64,000 nucleotides of DNA from an uncultured Solirubrobacterales bacterium (lineage in GTDB: Bacteria > Actinomycetota > Thermoleophilia > Solirubrobacterales > Solirubrobacteraceae). The stretch covers positions 725,754-789,753 of the forward strand of contig CAWFBP010000002.1 in NCBI GenBank assembly GCA_963814085.1. Reading direction: 5' to 3'. Below the pieces are notes generated by a model. The model did no database searches, was not told the origin of the DNA, and saw only the letters and a program-made list of their open reading frames with translations. Each line of letters starts with the position of its first letter. The first letter of the stretch is position 1. Positions 1 through 9,011 of this stretch are shown in pieces. A program made the translations under genes and the position numbers.

Positions 1-622
1 TGAACCCATACTGCACGGCGCGGGCCATGACCTCTTCTGCGTAGCTGACCGAGGCGTAGGCGCACGCGCCGTAGTAGCGGCAGGCGGCCTGGCGGTATTC
101 GTTGTAGGAGCCGCCGGTCGGCGGGGCGCCCATGGCCTGGCGGAGGATCCGCGCGGCGGTGTAGATCGCGTCCGCCGGATTGTTGATCGATAGCGGCTGG
201 CTGGGGTCGGCGTTGACGGCGTAGCGTTCCCATAGCGTTGGGCCGCCCCCGCGGCTACATTCGCTGCTGCGGACGTAGGCGATCTGCATCGGCCCGGCGC
301 ACCCCGCAGGGTTGGTGCCGGCGCACTCGCCGTTGCCGCACTCCTGCGCCCCAATCGATGCGAGGAAGGACCAGTCGAGATCGAACCGTGTGCCGGCTTG
401 CTGGTAGAGCCGCAGCCGGGCGGGTGGGATGCTTTGCAGCGCGTAGGCGGACGGGGTGGGCCCGGTCGATGCGAGCGCTGGTTCGCTGCTTGGCTCACAG
501 CCCGTGAAGCTCGCTCCGAGGACGGCCACGGCCACACCGAAGATCGCGAGAAACGCGATCCCCGTGCCTCCGGTCCCGGCCAGGAGCCATATCCACAGCG
601 CCTTGCTTCGCTGAGGGGGCAT
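1..622 (-). CDS. Conjugation lytic transglycosylase-like (VirB1-like) cell-wall hydrolase, truncated by the window edge
   Basis: Manual translation from ATG 622: MPPQRSKALWIWLLAG (TM)...YQQAGTRFDLDWSFLASIGAQEC...GCAGPMQI...NPADAIYTAARIL; SLT-like motifs; start overlaps the upstream stop (TGATG). Confidence 0.75.
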   Translation of the reverse strand, partial: MPPQRSKALWIWLLAGTGGTGIAFLAIFGVAVAVLGASFTGCEPSSEPALASTGPTPSAYALQSIPPARLRLYQQAGTRFDLDWSFLASIGAQECGNGECAGTNPAGCAGPMQIAYVRSSECSRGGGPTLWERYAVNADPSQPLSINNPADAIYTAARILRQAMGAPPTGGSYNEYRQAACRYYGACAYASVSYAEEVMARAVQYGF

Positions 623-1164
623 CACGCGCCGCCCAGTTCTGTGACGAGCAGCCGGCCGGCATGGGGTGCGAGGAGCAGCCCGATCGGGTAGTTGACTGGG
701 CCGCCGTCGTTGACCACGGCGCTGACCCCGGCCAGCCCCGAGGGCGCGGGCGTGCTGTGAAGCGAGAGCAGCCTCGCTTCGTGCGCCTGCGCGGCGGGGG
801 AGACGCGCGGCGGGTGGTTCTCGAGTGAGTGAAGGAGTGCGGCGGTGGCGCCCTTGATCTGGCTCGCCGGGGTGTGCCCGTAGAGGTAGCCCAGGTAGCC
901 GGAGAGGAACAGCCGCGCGGCCCGCGCGACCGGGGGCGTGAGGGGCGCCGCGCCGGCCTCGGACGGTGGCGCATGGACAGCCGCCACGCGCGTGTGGAGA
1001 CTTGACGCTGCATGCTCGACGTGTCGCGGCGCTTGGCTGCCGGGGCGGGTGAGCGCGAGCAGCAGGGCGCTCGCGGCCAGCAGCACGACGACGGCGCCCA
1101 TCGCTGTGCGGCGCTCGCCTTCGGCGATCGGCCGCTCACGCAGCCGGGTCAGCCACCGGGTCAT
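622..1164 (-). CDS. Bitopic membrane protein of the conjugation operon (TcpC/VirB8-like position)
   Basis: Start MTRWLTRL overlaps the upstream stop; one TM segment, Pro-rich linker, ARLFLSGYLGY domain. Confidence 0.55.
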   Translation of the reverse strand: MTRWLTRLRERPIAEGERRTAMGAVVVLLAASALLLALTRPGSQAPRHVEHAASSLHTRVAAVHAPPSEAGAAPLTPPVARAARLFLSGYLGYLYGHTPASQIKGATAALLHSLENHPPRVSPAAQAHEARLLSLHSTPAPSGLAGVSAVVNDGGPVNYPIGLLLAPHAGRLLVTELGGA

Positions 1165-1853
1165 CGGCCCTCGCCCGTCTCGGTGTGGCTGGTGATCCCG
1201 AGAAAGCTGCGGCCGTTGCAGTGCGCTGCCTCGGCGATGCCGGTGGCCGGGTGGTAGAAGGGGTCCAGTACCAGGCAGCGCCCGTCGAGGTTGTTGTGCG
1301 GGCACGTCGGACGCCGCATCCCCGGGGCGCGCTCACCCGGCAGGGTGCGCCTGTAGGGCGCCCCGCACGCCCCGCACGCCAAGAACGAGGAGCCCGCCAG
1401 AACGCATCGCTTGACCAGCCGGCGCAGCTGCTCAGGCCCGTAGTTGCAGCCCTGGGCGCGGCGCACCAGATGGCCCGTGCTCAAGCAGGAAAGCCACTGC
1501 GGCCGGGTATGCCCGCTGGGCGTGTGGTCCTCGTAGAAGTACCTGGCGTCCTTGGTCAGCAGCGAGAGCCGCAGGGGCGTGTTGCAGCCGAGCATGAGCG
1601 GCGTCGCCCACCCTGGAGGGCGCTGGCGTATCCAGCCCTGCCCGGGCAAAGCGTCAAGCAGTGCCTCGCTGGGGTGAAGGAGAAGCCAGAGCGTGCCGTC
1701 CTCGCGCAGGACGCGATGCACCTCGCTGAGAACCGCGAGCGTGACCTCGGGCGCCTGGGTGGACGGTGGCCTGGTGAGACAGGTCTGCGCCCAGGCGTCG
1801 GGCAGTTCCCGCATGAGGGTGAGCGAGTCTGCTTCTTCGATGCGCCAGCTCAT
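1161..1853 (-). CDS. Degenerate N4/N6 DNA methyltransferase homolog
   Basis: EVHRVLREDGTLWL and CLVLDPFY are recognisable, but catalytic TSPPY reads TRPPS and the SAM-binding GxG is lost; CxxC insert. Confidence 0.7.
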   Translation of the reverse strand: MSWRIEEADSLTLMRELPDAWAQTCLTRPPSTQAPEVTLAVLSEVHRVLREDGTLWLLLHPSEALLDALPGQGWIRQRPPGWATPLMLGCNTPLRLSLLTKDARYFYEDHTPSGHTRPQWLSCLSTGHLVRRAQGCNYGPEQLRRLVKRCVLAGSSFLACGACGAPYRRTLPGERAPGMRRPTCPHNNLDGRCLVLDPFYHPATGIAEAAHCNGRSFLGITSHTETGEGR

Positions 1854-3718
1854 GCCGGCTCCTCGTCGGGGTCCGGCGCCGGGTCGCTGCGCGGCGGCGG
1901 CGCTTCGCTTGAGGCGATCGGCTCGTCCGTGTCATTGTCAGGTTCGAGTGCGGATCTGGGGATGTCTCCGCCCTCGCTTGAGGCGATCGGCTCGTCGTAG
2001 TCGTCGCCGGGTTCGGGGACGTTGACCCCGCGTGGCGGTGGTGGCGTGTTCACGGCGGTCTCCTCGGTCGGATTGGAAGGGGGCACGGCCGTGTCAGGGC
2101 CGTGCCCCCCTGTGGATGGCGCTGCTGGTGTGTGGTGCCTGTGCAGCCCGGCCATCCGCGCGAGGCGGGTGGTGTAGTAGAGGGCCTGCAGGCGGCTGGC
2201 GCCTTCGCGGCCCGCCTGCGGGCCGGCGGCGACAGCGAGGAGGTCCCCCGCGAGCTTGTCGCGCTGCAGAAAGACGGCCCACAAGAATGCGGCCTGCAAC
2301 GCGAACGCCAAAAGCCACCCGAGATTGCTCGTGGCGTCGTCCAACGCCTGGCAGACGGCGAGGATCACCGTGAGGATCAGGGAGTAGACGACCTTCCGCG
2401 CGAGGTACCCGGCGAGCTTCGCGATCCACGCCCTGAAGAAGGCATGGCCGCGGCCGGGGAACACGGCGATCACGAGCGCGACGGGCGCGAACGCGAGGAC
2501 CATTAGCAGCAGGATCTGCGCGAGGATCACCCCGAGCGCCAGCGCGCCGAGCAAACAGAACGCGCCGAGCTCTCCGCCGAGGATCAGGACCGCGAGCAGC
2601 AGCCGCTGGTACTGGCCGCCCTTGCCCATCGCTTCAGCGGCTGGCTCGTCCGCCGCGCCGAGCGGGTAGGTGCCGTTGCTCTTGGCGGGGTCTGATTCGG
2701 GGAGGTCTTCGTCGGTCCCGTGTTCGAGCGCTTCGTGCTCAGAGTTACGACCCGGCGACTGGAATGGGTAGGCGAGGAAATGCGGGGCGTACTTGTTACG
2801 GTCGTTGATGCACGTCTTGCCTTCGGCGTGCACTTCGGTGGCGCTTTCCAGTTGTGCGGCGAGCTGCGCGTCCTGGGTTGGGTTGGCGCTCAGGGGACGG
2901 ACCGCAACCGAATGGGTATTCCCGCCCCCGGTGCTGGTGCAGCTCTCCAGGCCGCCGAACTCAAGGACCGTCCACGGGTTCAGGACGAGCAGTTCGAAGA
3001 GCTGGTTGCTCGCGGCGCTCTTGGCCTGCTGTTCGTTACCGATGCTGCCCTGTGTGCCGAGTGAGAGCAGCGCAGTGGAGATCTGGTTTGAGAGCCGGCT
3101 CGCCGGGGCGATCGTGCGTTCGGGCTGGGTGACAATCCCGATCGCGAGTACGCAGTACAGCAGCGAGACGGCGAGCGCCCCAGCGGTCTCGGTGTAACGC
3201 CTTTGCACGAGCGTCTTCCACATCGCCCAGCACCCGACGAGAGTCACCATCGCGACCAGCCAGGGTGTCCCGAACGTGTTGGTGTAGAGGTTATGGATCG
3301 CCGCGGAGACAGGCGTGAGAGCCCCCGACCCCGACGTCCCGTTGCCCGTCAGAAGGTTCAGGTTGAACGCGAAAGCGAATAGGAGGATCACCCCGTTCGC
3401 GAGAAAGCAGGTGATCAACCACAGCACCTGCGCGCCGAAGTACGCGATCATCGGCGCGACACCCGACACGTCAACACCGCTCGCGAACCCGACACTGATC
3501 GCCGGGAAGTACTGATCCAGGGAGTAGCGTTCGACCGGGTAACGACCGACCCAGCCGCCGGGTGGTAGTTGTGGCGCGGGGCCGATGTTGCTGTACACAT
3601 CCACCGCGAAAGCCGGCGGCCCCGCGAGCAACACAAGCAGCACCCCGAGCGCGACCGTGAGAAGGATCACTGGTCGGCGGCGGGCGACCCGTGAGAGGAC
3701 ACCGGGGATGGTTCTCAT
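1850..3718 (-). CDS. Polytopic conjugation membrane protein (VirB6/TcpH-like)
   Basis: About 7-8 TM segments, a large extracellular loop and an acidic Pro-rich tail; directly downstream of the VirB4-like gene. Confidence 0.75.
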   Translation of the reverse strand: MRTIPGVLSRVARRRPVILLTVALGVLLVLLAGPPAFAVDVYSNIGPAPQLPPGGWVGRYPVERYSLDQYFPAISVGFASGVDVSGVAPMIAYFGAQVLWLITCFLANGVILLFAFAFNLNLLTGNGTSGSGALTPVSAAIHNLYTNTFGTPWLVAMVTLVGCWAMWKTLVQRRYTETAGALAVSLLYCVLAIGIVTQPERTIAPASRLSNQISTALLSLGTQGSIGNEQQAKSAASNQLFELLVLNPWTVLEFGGLESCTSTGGGNTHSVAVRPLSANPTQDAQLAAQLESATEVHAEGKTCINDRNKYAPHFLAYPFQSPGRNSEHEALEHGTDEDLPESDPAKSNGTYPLGAADEPAAEAMGKGGQYQRLLLAVLILGGELGAFCLLGALALGVILAQILLLMVLAFAPVALVIAVFPGRGHAFFRAWIAKLAGYLARKVVYSLILTVILAVCQALDDATSNLGWLLAFALQAAFLWAVFLQRDKLAGDLLAVAAGPQAGREGASRLQALYYTTRLARMAGLHRHHTPAAPSTGGHGPDTAVPPSNPTEETAVNTPPPPRGVNVPEPGDDYDEPIASSEGGDIPRSALEPDNDTDEPIASSEAPPPRSDPAPDPDEEPA

Positions 3719-6162
3719 GCGGGGCTCCTCTCGGGCTGGGGGCTGCCCTGGCGCCCGGGAGTCGTTCCGAGCGCGGCAAGCAGATGAGAGAAGGCGAGGT
3801 CGACCTGTACCTCGCCGACTCGGCCGTCGAGGTCGCGCATCAGGCAGCGGCCTTTGCGCTGTTCGCGCAGGAGCCGCACGAGCTCGTCGTTGTGGGGGTC
3901 GAGGCTGATGAGTTCGAGTGCGCGGCGTGCCTCGGGGTCTGAGTCTTGGCCGAAGACGAACACGTCACCGATGAGGTCCGCGAGCTCCCCGAGGTCCGCG
4001 GTGCGCTGTGTGCCGAGTAGGACGGTCGCGTTGTACGCGCGGCCGAGGCGCACGAGCCGGTCGATGATCGCGCGGCCCTGCGGGGATTCGAGCAGGAACC
4101 AGATCTCATCCAGCAGCACGATCTTGTGCCGCGAGCGGTCAATGGAGATCAGCCGCAGCGCATACGCCGCGACCAGCGTGAGCGTGGCGACCGAGACGCG
4201 CTCAGAGCGGGTGTAGGTATCCCTGGAGGCTCGCGGGTCCGGCAGCGAGAGACCGGGCATCCGGATCGTGACCAGCGACCGCGCTGCCAGAACAGGGGTG
4301 TCTTGACCGGAGCCGAACCCCAGGCGCGCGAGACCGAAATCGCTGATTACCTCAAGCGCCTGCCCGGCATCACGCGCCGCATCGTGGCCGCTCTCGCACA
4401 GCAGCCGCACGACGCGCAGCAGGCTGCGCGAGCCCTCACCGACGGCGTCCTTGACGGCGCGGCTGATCGCGTTCTCCCACGCTGACGGCGGGTCGCGCAG
4501 CAGCTCCAGTAGATAGGAGCATGCAAGCTCCTCGCGCAAGTCATCGAGGCCGACCGCAAGCGGGTCAAGCTTGCCCTGCTGCGCGGGGTTCCCGGACAGC
4601 TCGAGGACCTGCAAGTCGCCGGCAAGCTCGGGGAGGTTCTCCCACCCGTGATCGGGCTTGGGATCAAAATCAACGACGAGCGACCCGCGACGCTGAGCCG
4701 TGTAAGCGATCGCCTGCGCCGTCACGGTCTTCCCCGACCCGAGGGTCCCGATCAAAAGGACCCCGGACGCACGGTCCTCCCGTGGCGCCCGGGTAGGGTC
4801 ATAGCGCACCGGCCGCGGCGCACCAGTCGGCGTGTAACCGAGATATGGGCCACGCCCCGAGCCGACCACACGGGTCGCCGTCGGGACCATCGCACCGAAC
4901 TGCTCAACAGTGAGCTGCTGTATGTAATCTCGCGTGAGACCGCCATCCGGGCGAGGGAGATGATCGAAGAAGATCTGGTGCTGAAGCCCGGCAGGCTGAT
5001 AAAGCTGAACGTCGCCGTAGTGCTCGCGCAGCACCCCGATACGGCGCTGTAGCTCCTCGGCGGTCGGGGCGCCAAGCGCGAGACCGACCCAGCCGGTAAG
5101 CATCGAAGGGTGCGCCCCGGCCTGCAGCTTCGCCTCGTACTCGCGTGCCAGCGCTCGGTCTTCCTCGGCCTGCAGGCTGGGCCCAAACGCCGCGCCCTCG
5201 ATCTGCTCGCGGTAGGCATGCTCGACATCCGCGATCCGTTTGCGAACCTGCGTAAGCGCATCACGGTTACCAAGCCAGCGGCAGTGCAGCACCGCATCGA
5301 CGGGAAACCCGACGCTCTCCAGGGGAGCGAACAGCAACTCGGCGCCCGCACCAGGGAACTGCGGGGCATCACCAAGCGCGCCGAGCGCGAGCATCGCCTG
5401 GTGGCAGCGGCCCTCCTCACCATCGACCGTCAGTGTCCGCTCGTGCTCGGAGATCGCGCAATTCGCGCACCGCCACACGACCTCCCCGAGCGGCTCATAC
5501 GCCACCTCCCCGCCGCCGGCATGAACCTCAAGCGCCTGTGGCTGCCACTGCTCGTCAAGGTCAGGCTCGCCGATACCGCGCGCAGCGGCACGACGCAACA
5601 GCCATTGAAGCTCGATCGTCCGCGCGCGACGCAACGCGACCACACCAGACAAGCGCTCATAAACCCGCTGCTCGCTGATAGTGAGCTCCCTCAGCCGCGC
5701 GACGGGGACGGGTGCCTTTGACCCGATCCGCGCGAGATCCTCGACGCGGCTACGAACACGGTCACTGGCACGCAAAAGGCCGGCACCGAACCCCGCCGGT
5801 GCCCGCCGCTGCAGCGAGACCGCGAGATAGCACTCCGGCACATGGGAGCCGAGCGCGTGCAGGCGCTCGCTGTGACCCTCAAGGAACACCCGCCACACCC
5901 CGCGGTCCTGGTGGCGCTCATCGAGCAGCCCAAGCGTGTGCTCCACATAGTGTCCGGCGGGGTACGCGCGGTTCACACGCCACAAGCTGAAGTCCGCGCC
6001 GATCGTGTGAGCGAGGCGCTCCACGCGACGCAGAAGCGCCCACTTCCCCGCCGTCGCCAGGAACGGGTAGGAGCTCATCCCCAGCCGGTACAACGCAGCG
6101 GCCTGACCGCCCGGGCCGAGCAGCACATTGGTATGCGCATAGCGCACCGGAAAACGCATCAT
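3715..6162 (-). CDS. VirB4-like conjugation ATPase (TcpF/ConE, AAA_10)
   Basis: 815 aa; Walker A GTLGSGKT, Walker B VLLDEIW, RLGRAYN, GRCLMRDLDGRVG. Confidence 0.9.
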   Translation of the reverse strand: MMRFPVRYAHTNVLLGPGGQAAALYRLGMSSYPFLATAGKWALLRRVERLAHTIGADFSLWRVNRAYPAGHYVEHTLGLLDERHQDRGVWRVFLEGHSERLHALGSHVPECYLAVSLQRRAPAGFGAGLLRASDRVRSRVEDLARIGSKAPVPVARLRELTISEQRVYERLSGVVALRRARTIELQWLLRRAAARGIGEPDLDEQWQPQALEVHAGGGEVAYEPLGEVVWRCANCAISEHERTLTVDGEEGRCHQAMLALGALGDAPQFPGAGAELLFAPLESVGFPVDAVLHCRWLGNRDALTQVRKRIADVEHAYREQIEGAAFGPSLQAEEDRALAREYEAKLQAGAHPSMLTGWVGLALGAPTAEELQRRIGVLREHYGDVQLYQPAGLQHQIFFDHLPRPDGGLTRDYIQQLTVEQFGAMVPTATRVVGSGRGPYLGYTPTGAPRPVRYDPTRAPREDRASGVLLIGTLGSGKTVTAQAIAYTAQRRGSLVVDFDPKPDHGWENLPELAGDLQVLELSGNPAQQGKLDPLAVGLDDLREELACSYLLELLRDPPSAWENAISRAVKDAVGEGSRSLLRVVRLLCESGHDAARDAGQALEVISDFGLARLGFGSGQDTPVLAARSLVTIRMPGLSLPDPRASRDTYTRSERVSVATLTLVAAYALRLISIDRSRHKIVLLDEIWFLLESPQGRAIIDRLVRLGRAYNATVLLGTQRTADLGELADLIGDVFVFGQDSDPEARRALELISLDPHNDELVRLLREQRKGRCLMRDLDGRVGEVQVDLAFSHLLAALGTTPGRQGSPQPERSPA

Positions 6163-6863
6163 CGGCGGATCTCCAAAACCTGCCCCGCCTCGAGCTGCAC
6201 AACCTCAGCCAGCACCTCCCGCTCGCGCATGCGGTGCCCCGCCGCCGGACGCGCCACATGACGACCACGGCGCGCCGTCAACACAACCCGACGGCCGAAC
6301 ACGACCCGTGCGGGGCCGTGGATGCACCCATAGTGGAGCACCGGAGAGTAATGGTCGGGGGCAACCCACACCCGCGGCGCCCAATCGACCACCTGCCCAT
6401 CGACCATCACCGGACGCTCAAGCGAACGCCGCGCGACACGAAAACGAACCACCGCGCGGGAGAGCAGGTAACGGTGAGCGGAGCGGCCATCAGGTGTGAG
6501 CTGCCCAGCCGCAGTCGCAACCAGACCCGGCAGCACAAGCAGCCGCAACGGCCAGTCAACCCACCCCAACAACAACCCACAAACCTGCACCCCGCAAGCG
6601 ACCACCGCGCCAGCCGCCACAGCACCCCGCCAGCCACGAGACCCCGCGCCCAACAACGCACCCGCCACCGCGGCTACCAATGTGAACAGCAGCGAGCGGG
6701 AGCTAAGAACCAGGATCACCAGAAGCGTCCCAAACACCCAGACGAGCCAGTTCAGGGGCACCCCGCCGGGGACAGGCAACCGCCGCCCGTCGATCTGGTA
6801 AATCCGCCGGTCGGGCTTGAAGATCCGCTGATAGCTGCGGATCGCAGCAGGAGAATCACTCAC
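6159..6863 (-). CDS. tcpE: TcpE-family conjugal transfer membrane protein
   Basis: IRSYQRIFKPDRRIYQIDGRRLPVPGGVPL motif; GTG start with GGGAGG RBS; TM segments. Confidence 0.8.
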   Translation of the reverse strand: MSDSPAAIRSYQRIFKPDRRIYQIDGRRLPVPGGVPLNWLVWVFGTLLVILVLSSRSLLFTLVAAVAGALLGAGSRGWRGAVAAGAVVACGVQVCGLLLGWVDWPLRLLVLPGLVATAAGQLTPDGRSAHRYLLSRAVVRFRVARRSLERPVMVDGQVVDWAPRVWVAPDHYSPVLHYGCIHGPARVVFGRRVVLTARRGRHVARPAAGHRMREREVLAEVVQLEAGQVLEIRR

Positions 6864-6876
6864 AGTAACCTCCCAC

Positions 6877-7287
6877 TCACCCGAAGATTTCTTTGCCGAT
6901 AGCTTGCGCGGCACTACCAATCTCTTCAGGCGCGAACACCATCCACGCGACAACGATTGCGGCAAACAGAAACGTCGCGAGCTCGACATAACGGCGGTTC
7001 CAGAGAAACACGAGGCTGAACGCCGCGACGATCCCGCCGTACACCTCCCCCGCGTAATGCTTCAGCAGATCCCCGACGTTCTTGCCGATATCGTTACCGG
7101 CAGCCAGCGCATCCGGCGCAAAGAGCCCGCCCACACCCAGCGCGAGTATCAAGACCCCCAGCAGCCTCCAAACGAAGAGGCCGAGGGTCAGCCACTGCAG
7201 GGGTGAATCGGGCGCCTTATCACAGGCGACCTGGGTGTGTTTGTGTGAAGCACGAGAAGTGAGTGATATGTGCTTTAGAGAAGTCAT
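6877..7287 (-). CDS. Small hydrophobic conjugation protein (VirB2/TcpD pilin-like)
   Basis: Signal-like segment ending ALA, then two TM helices; first gene of the tra operon. Confidence 0.6.
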   Translation of the reverse strand: MTSLKHISLTSRASHKHTQVACDKAPDSPLQWLTLGLFVWRLLGVLILALGVGGLFAPDALAAGNDIGKNVGDLLKHYAGEVYGGIVAAFSLVFLWNRRYVELATFLFAAIVVAWMVFAPEEIGSAAQAIGKEIFG

Positions 7288-7481
7288 TGCGCCAGTTCTA
7301 CGGCGCCTGTCCTCCAATAGCTACAACCATCCGATACCCCGACCGTCCGACTGCACGATCCAACAGTAGTACGTTTTGATATATGGAAATCGCCGTGACC
7401 TGCCTGATGCGGCAAGCTCCGGTACGCCAGCAAGGGCAACATCCGGTAGCACGCGCCCGAGCGGCGGTGCGCTGAGGCGAT

Positions 7482-7805
7482 CTACTCGTCGGGGCAGGCG
7501 AGGTCGGCGAGCTCTTCGATGTAGCCAGTCATGCTGGCCGTCGCCTGCGCGATGATCTGAAGGACGGTGTAGTCGGAGAGCGCGTAGCGCACGCAGCTGC
7601 CGTCCCGCGACCGTGAGAGGACGCCGGCCGTATGGAGCACGTTCAGGTGCTTTGAGACGTTTTGGTGAGCGACCAGCAGCTCATCGGAGAGTTCTTGGAC
7701 GGTTGCCTCTCGGCGCTCGAGCGCCGAGAGCAGCCGTATCCTGGTCGGCTCGGCGATGATCCGCATCCGTCGCGCGATCAGCGCCAGCAGATCCTCTGAG
7801 GGCAT
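7482..7805 (-). CDS. ArsR/SmtB-family transcriptional regulator
   Basis: AEPTRIRLLSALERREATVQEL...QNVSKHLNVLHTAGVL...VRYAL. Confidence 0.9.
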   Translation of the reverse strand: MPSEDLLALIARRMRIIAEPTRIRLLSALERREATVQELSDELLVAHQNVSKHLNVLHTAGVLSRSRDGSCVRYALSDYTVLQIIAQATASMTGYIEELADLACPDE

Positions 7806-7838
7806 GGGTGTCGGGCTGTTCACAGGCTCTCTGCACCA

Positions 7839-7866
7839 CTGACCAGAAGCAGGCCGAACCGGCCAA
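7839..7866 (-). promoter_or_regulatory. Putative ECF-type promoter motif, copy 1 (upstream of arsR)
   Basis: Minus strand reads TTGGCCGGTT-N10-CTGGTCAG. Confidence 0.6.
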
Positions 7867-7886
7867 CGAATTCGCAAACAAACTGC

Positions 7887-7914
7887 TTGGCCGGTTTGGG
7901 CTTCTCGTGGTCAG
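7887..7914 (+). promoter_or_regulatory. Putative ECF-type promoter motif, copy 2
   Basis: TTGGCCGGTT-N10-GTGGTCAG, 8 nt before ATG 7923. Confidence 0.6.
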
Positions 7915-7922
7915 AGAGGGGT

Positions 7923-8549
7923 ATGAGCGAAATCCCAAACACCGCAAAGCCACCTCCTGCGCGCCGTCGGCGCAAGCCGGGACTCGCAGCCAGAGCCCCC
8001 GGTGCCGGGCACCCGGCGAGCGCAGCCAGCCCGGTCCAGGGCCAGTACGAGGAGTACCCCCAGCAATCACCCACTACCGGCAGCGAGCACCGCTTCACCG
8101 CCCTACCGTCAAGACGAGGGCGCCTGCCCGTTGCTCGCGCGTTGCTTGGCCGTCTCGCGAGAAATCGCGTGGCCGCAACACTTACGGCCGGACTCTTAGC
8201 GCTGTGCGCGATGGGCGCGCTGGCGGTAGTCATCCGGGGAATCCCCCACCCCAGGCGCCACCCGCACACTCCGCCGGCTATGCGAGCCAAGGTGACCCCG
8301 GACACCTCGCCGCCTCGCGGGCTACGCCGCGTCATGCTGCCACGCCGCCGCAGACCCCCGTCGTCATACGGGCGAGCTGCTGACACGCGCAGCCGGGAGA
8401 GGCCCGTCGGGCGAGTTGTGGGTCCGGCGCTAGCGCTACCTCGCGCCCCTGTCCATGCCGTAAACGCTGCCCCATCCGAACCGGCGGGCAGCCCGCCCGA
8501 GGGTGACCCTGGCGAAGGGCAGACGCAGGGAGGGCTGTTCTCGCCATGA
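7923..8549 (+). CDS. Bitopic membrane protein with Pro/Arg-rich tail ending GGLFSP
   Basis: ATG after AGAGGGG; TM VAATLTAGLLALCAMGALAVVI. Confidence 0.55.
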   Translation: MSEIPNTAKPPPARRRRKPGLAARAPGAGHPASAASPVQGQYEEYPQQSPTTGSEHRFTALPSRRGRLPVARALLGRLARNRVAATLTAGLLALCAMGALAVVIRGIPHPRRHPHTPPAMRAKVTPDTSPPRGLRRVMLPRRRRPPSSYGRAADTRSRERPVGRVVGPALALPRAPVHAVNAAPSEPAGSPPEGDPGEGQTQGGLFSP

Positions 8550-9011
8550 CGATAGAGCCCCAAATGTTTATGTCCGGCGGAATTTCGATGGGTGGTGTCT
8601 CGTTTTTGGGTCAGTGGTAATGGATGACCACCGGAAGAACACAAGTCAACGGAATGACCAAACGCGCGGAGTGCCCGTTGCCCGCCCTGCCGTCGTGGGG
8701 GCTGCCCGGGGCGAGCGCCATCCCCAGTTGGGTTCTGCGCAGGCTGCCAGCGGGTCTATGAGCGCGCGATGCACCGCAAACGTGACCTGGACTGTAGGGC
8801 GCGGATGCTCGCTTTTGGCAACCCGCAGGTCATTGGACTGCTCGCGGAGGGTCCGCTTGAGCGCGAACGGCTACTCGCTCACACGGTCGCGCATAAACGC
8901 CGAGCGTAGCCGTCCCGGGCACGCTCGGATCCCGATGGCCGCAATACACCACTACCTGGCTGAGGCGATGGAGCGCATCAGCGAGCGGGTGAACCCAAGG
9001 ACGGCACGCTG

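Noticed and set aside
1905-1996. 23-bp direct repeat
   Set aside because: In-frame duplication (DEPIASSE) in the disordered tail of the VirB6-like protein; not a recombination site.
8660-8910. Possible small zinc-finger frame (CRRGGC...FCAGC) upstream of the sigma gene
   Set aside because: No in-frame start before an upstream TGA; cannot distinguish a frameshifted gene from chance.
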